Below, piece after piece: positions 9,011 to 14,251 of a stretch of 14,251 nt of DNA. This DNA comes from Candidatus Hermodarchaeota archaeon (GTDB lineage Archaea; Asgardarchaeota; Hermodarchaeia; Hermodarchaeales; Hermodarchaeaceae): positions 1-14,251 of the forward strand of contig JAEOUH010000077.1 in the NCBI GenBank assembly GCA_016839365.1, read 5' to 3'. Positions within the stretch are counted from its first letter, which is position 1. Each line of letters begins with the position of its first letter. The position numbers and the translations under genes are program-made. Below the pieces are notes generated by a model, which was given only the letters and a program-made list of their open reading frames with translations, did no database searches and was not told where the DNA came from.

Positions 9011-9529
9011 TTGAAATTGCAGATTGACCCTCAATTATTACAAACCATTTCGATATTAGTAGCTATTAGTAGTATTATTGTTGCATTCATTATTGGTGTG
9101 CGCTCGATTCGTAACTTCACTGTCTCTCGTAAGGCATCAGTGTTCATCAGTTATCAGACTCAAGCTTACAACCATCAGTTTCTCAGAAATATGACAGAAA
9201 TTATCAACGAGTGGTCATGGAAGAATTTCGAAGATTTCTGGCAAAAATACGGACCACAAACTAACCCAGAATCGTATGCCAAGTTCATTTCTGTTAGTGG
9301 GTTTTATGAGGGAATGGCAAGACTTCTTAGAAAGAATATCATCGATATTGATTTGATGCCCGTAGTCATGTCTATCGGGATCATTATGTTTTGGGATAAA
9401 ATCAAACCTATGTCAGCACAGATGGGCAAATATTTAGGCATCACGGAAGGGATAGATTTAGCTCAATTTCTCTATGATAGGGTGAAAAGTCGACAACACG
9501 AAACAAAAAATCACACTGAATTTGTATAA
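9011..9529 (+). CDS. Hypothetical membrane-anchored protein (DUF4760-like), paralogue 1
   Basis: N-terminal TM helix and WSWK...FW.KYGP..NP motif shared with the next ORF. The start may be TTG at 9017, 6 nt after GGTGA. The family name is from memory. Confidence 0.75.
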   Translation: MKLQIDPQLLQTISILVAISSIIVAFIIGVRSIRNFTVSRKASVFISYQTQAYNHQFLRNMTEIINEWSWKNFEDFWQKYGPQTNPESYAKFISVSGFYEGMARLLRKNIIDIDLMPVVMSIGIIMFWDKIKPMSAQMGKYLGITEGIDLAQFLYDRVKSRQHETKNHTEFV

Positions 9530-9655
9530 CTCAGTATTTCCCATAAAAGATGATTCGGTATCCATGAACACAGATATGATGTATGTCGTAGCATGAGATT
9601 TTTTCAGTTAGAATGACATAGATTCTTGTCTATACATTTACGGTGCGTGAGTTCG

Positions 9656-10156
9656 ATGCAGTTGCCCATTACTCTCGATCAGATTGGTATATTTATCGCT
9701 GCAATCAGCGTTGTAGTCGGTGTAATCTTAGGACTGCAATCTGCGAAGGATTGGTCCAAGGACCGCAATGCGAGTCTTTTCCTCCAGTATCAGCTTCAAG
9801 CCTTCAACACTGAATTCATGGAGAATCTAATCGAAATTAACTCATTATGGTCATGGAAGGATAATATGGAGTTTTGGACAAAGTATGGACCCGAATCGAA
9901 CCCGAAGAAGTTTGCAAAATTTTCTGTAGTTGGCACGGTTTTTGATAGTATGGGGGTTTTGCTAAAGCGGAAATACATACCTGTGGACATGGTACCGGAA
10001 TTGATGATTATTGGGATAATTTCTTTTTGGGAGAAAGTTGCACCTATTTCCACTCAACTGAGTATAGACATGCAACGGCCTCATGCTTTTGAGAATATCG
10101 AGTATCTTGTTAATGAAGCTCGGAAGCGAGATGCAACCCGTTCTAGAATTAAATAA
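9656..10156 (+). CDS. Hypothetical membrane-anchored protein (DUF4760-like), paralogue 2
   Basis: Colinear similarity to 9011-9529 (WSWKDNMEFWTKYGPESNP, MG.LL....I..D..P, IGIISFWEK). ATG at 9656 preferred, with TATA-like TATACATTTA at 9631-9640. Confidence 0.78.
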   Translation: MQLPITLDQIGIFIAAISVVVGVILGLQSAKDWSKDRNASLFLQYQLQAFNTEFMENLIEINSLWSWKDNMEFWTKYGPESNPKKFAKFSVVGTVFDSMGVLLKRKYIPVDMVPELMIIGIISFWEKVAPISTQLSIDMQRPHAFENIEYLVNEARKRDATRSRIK

Positions 10157-10226
10157 TTTCTTAACAAATGGTTCAAACAACCCCTGATTATGCAACTCTT
10201 ATCAAAACAAGAAATGCCACAATTTG
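10120..10226 (+). repeat. Repeat copy C (A/C type) with dif-like core GGTTCAAACAA-CCCCTGA-TTATGCAACTC at 10170-10198
   Basis: Ungapped match to 7029-7135 at offset 3091. Confidence 0.9.
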
Positions 10227-10547
10227 GCTTCAATATGTAATGTTATGGAACCATTCCCGTTAGTGGTAGTGCCCACCACGGAATCGCATCTAAGATGAAG
10301 GAATGGTGGATTCTCGAACTTGCCGATCATCCTATTATGAATAGTGGATAACACAAACAAGAGCTATTTACACACACTATTCCTTTCCTTGAATCCATCT
10401 AACTCAACCCTCTTCATCTGTTCCATCACTTTTTTCGAATAAATTAACCTCTGTTTTTTTATGGCTCATTGCGCCTAAAGGATTTTATACGCTCTAAATC
10501 CTATCTTAACGGGTTTTGCATAACTTAATGGAATGGAGAAAAAGATT

Positions 10548-10994
10548 ATGGGATTATTTGGTCGATTTAAAGCCCCAAAAGCGACAATCTCAGTAATGTT
10601 GAATAAGGATACATACAGCCTCAAAGAGCCCCTAACAGGGACCGTTAATGTGTCATCATCTGAAGAATTTGACGCCGATGAAGTTCGTCTTGAAATCTGG
10701 GTCAACGAATGGACCAAAGCGACCGAGAAGCAGGGTACGAAAGAAAAACCGATTACAGTAACCGCTCAACAAAACAGCGTACTCCATCAAAGCAAGAATT
10801 CCATCGGAGGGCAAATGCAATTCACCGACGGTTTTAGCGACAGTATTGACTTCAGTATCCATTTACCATCAGGAGTTCCACCCACCTATCGAAGTCAAAA
10901 TGCCCGAAATACCTGGATGATGAAAGGCGTAATTGCGGTTAAAGGCCGACCCGATGTCACTAGCCACGACATGGAAGTCGTAATAACCTACTAG
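10548..10994 (+). CDS. Arrestin-N/Spo0M/Vps26-like beta-sandwich protein
   Basis: 'ISV.LNKDTY...E.LTG.V.V.S', 'FSIHLP..VPPTY' and 'W.MKG.I...GRPD' follow the arrestin-N fold pattern. Start is ATG 10548 (MGLFGRF) or 10533. Confidence 0.72.
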   Translation: MGLFGRFKAPKATISVMLNKDTYSLKEPLTGTVNVSSSEEFDADEVRLEIWVNEWTKATEKQGTKEKPITVTAQQNSVLHQSKNSIGGQMQFTDGFSDSIDFSIHLPSGVPPTYRSQNARNTWMMKGVIAVKGRPDVTSHDMEVVITY

Positions 10995-11019
10995 TGAACC
11001 CTCATGTTGTATCATTACA

Positions 11020-11230
11020 GGGCAATTACTGTGTAGGTGAAGGCAGCCATCGAAGTGAGCAGTTCACCTCTTCTAAAATAACTGAAAACTGATGAAATAA
11101 GGATCCCGTTCCCCCTAGTATTGAATTATCCAAGCCTACTGCATTTTTCCAGAGTCTAGATGATGCAGTTGAGGAAGTTGGAACGGGCCTTAACCAACGC
11201 ATTGAATCTGGGCGGGTAAGAGCCAAGTTA
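11020..11230 (+). pseudogene. Degenerate copy of the metG 3' end (remnant D)
   Basis: Translates to DPVPPSIELSKPTAFFQSL-DDAVEEVGTGLNQRIESGRVRAK, versus MetRS EPLVPGTKLPNPEALFTKIADETVEALTSRLNQRIESARAKAK. Weaker frameshifted DNA similarity upstream (GGCAA..ACT...AGG.TG.A..CA.CCAT.GAAGTGA). Confidence 0.87.
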
Positions 11231-11286
11231 CACCATTCAACAAAATTTCTGATGCTGTTGTTTAAATAACCTCTATTATGCTAACA
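11158..11286 (+). repeat. Repeat copy D (B/D type) with 28-bp dif-like core TGTTTAAATAA-CCTCTA-TTATGCTAACA at 11259-11286
   Basis: Matches copy B at offset 2980. The core is an 11-6-11 imperfect palindrome with 8/11 symmetric arm positions. Confidence 0.88.
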
Positions 11287-11463
11287 CCTAGGCTGTTGAA
11301 CTAGGCGAGTGTTGTGGTGGACGACCCGTGTTCAAATCGTGGGTTGTTTAGAATTAGTTAACACTGTTTATTAGAAATATCAGATTTTTAAGGTTCAAAG
11401 GAGAAGGGGGTCTTATTCATCCTTTGTAGAAGGATGGATGGGAAAGTCTAGGAGATTACGTAT

Positions 11464-12360
11464 TTGGTAATAAAACAGAGAAAGTTGAGCTTTCTTCTAG
11501 TTGCAATTGCAGTGTTCTGTGTGGTGTCGATGTTGTCGCCGTTCCCGGATAGGGTGCGGGCGATGACAGTGATTACGGATAATTTCAATGACATGGACTA
11601 TGCGGGGTGGGATACCTACGGATATATATTGAATTGGACGACATCCCCCCCTAAGACGTATCTTGCGGGTTCAGCGAATTTTTCAGCTGCGGATCAGACC
11701 TTGAAGGTCACGGGACCCCTGGGCAATTACACATATTCGTCCTGGAATAATGCATACATCGAGAGCTCAGTGAGCTTTGGTCAGTGGAGCTTCGATTTGT
11801 ATGTAGTCAATACAACACTCGGTATGGGGTATGTACGCCTTATGGCGGACCACTATTATCCAGCCGAATATTATTCTGCTATTCCCGGTCCGTACATGAA
11901 TAATAGTTACGAAATTTGGTGCTACACCCGTAATTTGACTTCGTCGATTGGTTCATTCGTTGACCGGCCGATGATTACCCTTGAAAGATGGTTAACAGGT
12001 TCTGGGGATATTCGTGCGTCATATTCTGTTGGAACACCTTCGGATACTTGGACGAATTGCTGGGTTCACTTCGATGTGATTCGGAATACTACGGGGCACA
12101 TCATGGTGTACATCAACAGCACCCTCCGCATAGCAATAGGAGACAATCTTAATCCCATACCTGGGTACTTCGTGTTTTCTGGACAGAGTGGTTGGGCCAT
12201 TGATAGCGTGGTCATCTCGGGAATTTCCGCCATCCCCACCATCCCCACCATCCCTACTGAACCACCACCGGACTTCACGCTACCCTTGATTGCCATCATT
12301 GCCATCGAGCTCATCGTCATCATCGTCCTCTCCATCTTATACTTCCGGCGACGATCATAA
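11464..12360 (+). CDS. Secreted, C-terminally membrane-anchored surface protein (possible ConA/LamG-like beta-sandwich)
   Basis: Basic plus hydrophobic signal peptide ending near VRA; aromatic, beta-rich body (W.HFDV.R...G.I.VYIN); several NxS/T sequons; (IPT)3 linker; TM helix and RRRS tail. Confidence 0.8.
   Translation: MVIKQRKLSFLLVAIAVFCVVSMLSPFPDRVRAMTVITDNFNDMDYAGWDTYGYILNWTTSPPKTYLAGSANFSAADQTLKVTGPLGNYTYSSWNNAYIESSVSFGQWSFDLYVVNTTLGMGYVRLMADHYYPAEYYSAIPGPYMNNSYEIWCYTRNLTSSIGSFVDRPMITLERWLTGSGDIRASYSVGTPSDTWTNCWVHFDVIRNTTGHIMVYINSTLRIAIGDNLNPIPGYFVFSGQSGWAIDSVVISGISAIPTIPTIPTEPPPDFTLPLIAIIAIELIVIIVLSILYFRRRS
12230..12256 (+). repeat. 9-bp tandem repeat (CCATCCCCA)x3 encoding an IPT linker
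   Basis: CCATCCCCA CCATCCCCA CCATCCCTA. Confidence 0.8.
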
Positions 12361-12361
12361 T

Positions 12362-12403
12362 CAGGTGCGTGTAGGGCACCTGCCCTACCCCTTTCCTTTT
12401 TTT
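12362..12403 (+). terminator. Hairpin plus oligo-T putative terminator
   Basis: GTAGGGCA/TGCCCTAC (12371-12388), with alternative stem CAGGTGC/GCACCTG, followed by CTTTCCTTTTTTT immediately after the stop codon. Confidence 0.55.
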
Positions 12404-12617
12404 CAGAAGGAACGTTATTTAGCGCTCGCATGAGCTATGTAATATCTCCGACACCATTGGACCAAGCTTATGTTGGGTTACCTTTGTCATCTTTGGGTCA
12501 TCAGGGATTGTGTTCTCGCTTGTACAGGGATATTCAGTCAATCTTCGGGTGCATAACTTTTTACTTCTTCAATTATTTCTACACTCATAGCAATTCACTT
12601 AGGTAGGTGGATTACGA

Positions 12618-12652
12618 GCATAAGGGGTGTGTGTGCTTGAACAACAACATCA
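12618..12652 (-). repeat. Possible inverted, degenerate copy (E) of the dif-like core
   Basis: Reverse complement TGATGTTGTTGTTCAAGCAC-ACACACCCC-TTATGC versus copy D TGATGCTGTTGTTTAAATAA-CCTCTA-TTATGC. The spacer is 9 bp. Confidence 0.4.
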
Positions 12653-12701
12653 TTTCTTATCCCCGTTTTGCACCCCTAGCTAGTGTAAAGTGGTGAATAC
12701 T

Positions 12702-14251
12702 ATGGTTGGCGTTGATCCTTCAATACCCCTATCTGATATAACGAAGCTTCCTGCAAAACTCCAGCGGAAGCTTGACGCCCATGGAATTAATGATCTCGCA
12801 GATCTTTTTCTGGCAGAGACCAAACTACAGGACGCCGTCACATTAGCGACCAACACGGATCTTACCATTCGTGAAGCTCTTGAAGCCCGACAGCTTGGTC
12901 GGCGATATTTAGAAACCATTTTAGCAGAGATCACCGCCAAGCGCAAGGTCGAATCGTTGGGATTATTGTGGAAGATTCATTGGCTGTTAGGAGCTGTACC
13001 TAATGGAAATCTCCGAAACGAGCTTATCGCGCTTGAGGCTTCAGCCATTGCCACGATTCTTGAGACTTTAGAAACCACCGAGGCGGTGACGATAGAACAA
13101 ATTCTCCAGGTACTGCTTCACCGTCTCCTCATTGTTCCGAAAGCGACAATGAAGGCGGAGTTGACACAACTTGTGGAGTTTGCCGAGAAGTTTCAGCGGA
13201 GCTCCTTGCTCGCCTATCAAACAACTAAAGCAAAGGATTCGATGATGGCATTAGCCGATGAGGATGATCCCACAAAGCAGGTTGTACAGATACGAAAACT
13301 CACAACTCATTGGAAGAACCTTCTTAAGACAATGCAAGACCGCAGCCAGGAACGAGGAACCGTAATTATATCAGCACTCCTGTCAACTGATGACCTAAGA
13401 GTACTAGATATCAGCGAACGGCATTTGCAAGAACGCCTCCAACAAACCATGTCAACAAAGAAACTTCGACAATCACAGCTAAAGCACATCACGACTGCAA
13501 TGAATGCCATGTTTGATCTCCGCGATGCCTACTCTACCGCCAAACTAGCCACGCGGGCGAGCCAGATATGGTTTGAACTGGCACAAGGCAAAACCAGCAA
13601 GGCACTTGGAGATGATTTATTACGTAGTCTACGATTTGCACGTACAGCGATTTTCAATTATCGTGCACTTGATGATTTGAACGGAGCGGTCAAGCAGCTT
13701 GATTATATTATCCACGTACTTGGTGAAATCCCATTCGAACCCGCTGAACCCCTTGAGGAAGCCGTTACAAGTGCCTTCCAAACGTTAATCCGAACTATAC
13801 CACTCCTGGACCGTCCTGCAGACCAAGAATTCATTCTTCGAATCTCAAAACGGCTAGGCAGCCTCATAACGAGGTTGATGCCCAAAATCGCAGCTCCTGA
13901 AGCCCAGTCTGCTTTGGCAAAACTCCAAATCGAATTCCAACAAACAGCACTAAAACAGCTGAAGCAACTTGGGGCAACACCTGAGACCAATCAACCACTC
14001 ACCCAGGAGCTCATAGAAGCTCAATTGCGCCTAATCGAAGTTACCTCAGAAGATGAAAGAGACGCCCTCCTACGTGCAGCCGCTGAATATGCAACCCAAC
14101 TAATACCTGAGACCCACCCAACGCCGAAAATCGACGAGAAAAATCTTGAAATTATTTCCCGCATTGTACAGCAACTAGCTCAGCGACCCAAGGAAACTTT
14201 GAGTGATTCAGCACAACACCTTATGGAGAAAAGTCACAAACTCAACGAACA
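12702..14251 (+). CDS. Large hypothetical protein with an N-terminal helix-hairpin-helix-like segment and all-alpha body; runs off the window
   Basis: ATG at 12702 after GGTGA (12692-12696). Manually read as open for 516 codons (MVGVDPSIPLSDITKLPAKLQRKLDAHGINDLADLF...). Absent from the ORF track because there is no stop in the window. Confidence 0.85.
   Translation, partial: MVGVDPSIPLSDITKLPAKLQRKLDAHGINDLADLFLAETKLQDAVTLATNTDLTIREALEARQLGRRYLETILAEITAKRKVESLGLLWKIHWLLGAVPNGNLRNELIALEASAIATILETLETTEAVTIEQILQVLLHRLLIVPKATMKAELTQLVEFAEKFQRSSLLAYQTTKAKDSMMALADEDDPTKQVVQIRKLTTHWKNLLKTMQDRSQERGTVIISALLSTDDLRVLDISERHLQERLQQTMSTKKLRQSQLKHITTAMNAMFDLRDAYSTAKLATRASQIWFELAQGKTSKALGDDLLRSLRFARTAIFNYRALDDLNGAVKQLDYIIHVLGEIPFEPAEPLEEAVTSAFQTLIRTIPLLDRPADQEFILRISKRLGSLITRLMPKIAAPEAQSALAKLQIEFQQTALKQLKQLGATPETNQPLTQELIEAQLRLIEVTSEDERDALLRAAAEYATQLIPETHPTPKIDEKNLEIISRIVQQLAQRPKETLSDSAQHLMEKSHKLNE

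Noticed and set aside
11026-11226. 66-aa minus-strand ORF sharing 'LT.PDSMRWLR' with the cysK extension
   Set aside because: The similarity is explained by both being antisense to metG remnants; it is not a real peptide family.
7029-11286. Classical integron attC array or CRISPR array
   Set aside because: No paired RYYYAAC...GTTRRRY attC hairpins at the repeats, cargo is in mixed orientation and no intI is present. Spacing of 1-2 kb and degenerate repeats exclude CRISPR.
11341-11380. Another inverted partial core (GGGTTGTTTAGAA...TTAGAAAT)
   Set aside because: Only short matches with wrong spacing and no TTATGC arm.
12680-13990. Short minus-strand ORFs 12680-12946, 13307-13510 and 13703-13990, and similar small ORFs overlapping other genes
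   Set aside because: They are antisense or alternate-frame shadows of longer, better-supported CDSs.

Overview
Archaeal chromosomal DNA, most likely from an Asgard archaeon. This is inferred from the archaeal-type GGPP synthase, MetRS and coiled-coil protein, GGTGA ribosome-binding sites, a Rab-like small GTPase and an arrestin-N-like protein. The left half (1-7022) is housekeeping: coiled-coil protein, GGPP synthase, agmatinase, DUF885-like metallopeptidase, Rab-like GTPase, a candidate C-rich small RNA, an Lrp/AsnC-domain protein and metG. Directly after the metG stop is a ~5.6 kb accessory tract divided by four direct copies (and one possible inverted copy) of a dif-like imperfect palindrome. 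Two of the direct copies are each preceded by a decayed copy of the metG 3' end. Between these sites lie unrelated 1-2 kb cargo modules: cysteine synthase; a flavodoxin-like reductase plus two membrane paralogues; an arrestin-like protein; and a surface protein. This looks like a metG-anchored gene-cassette accretion locus, possibly driven by a Xer/tyrosine recombinase. No recombinase is encoded in the window. The window ends in a >516-codon helical ORF missing from the ORF track.
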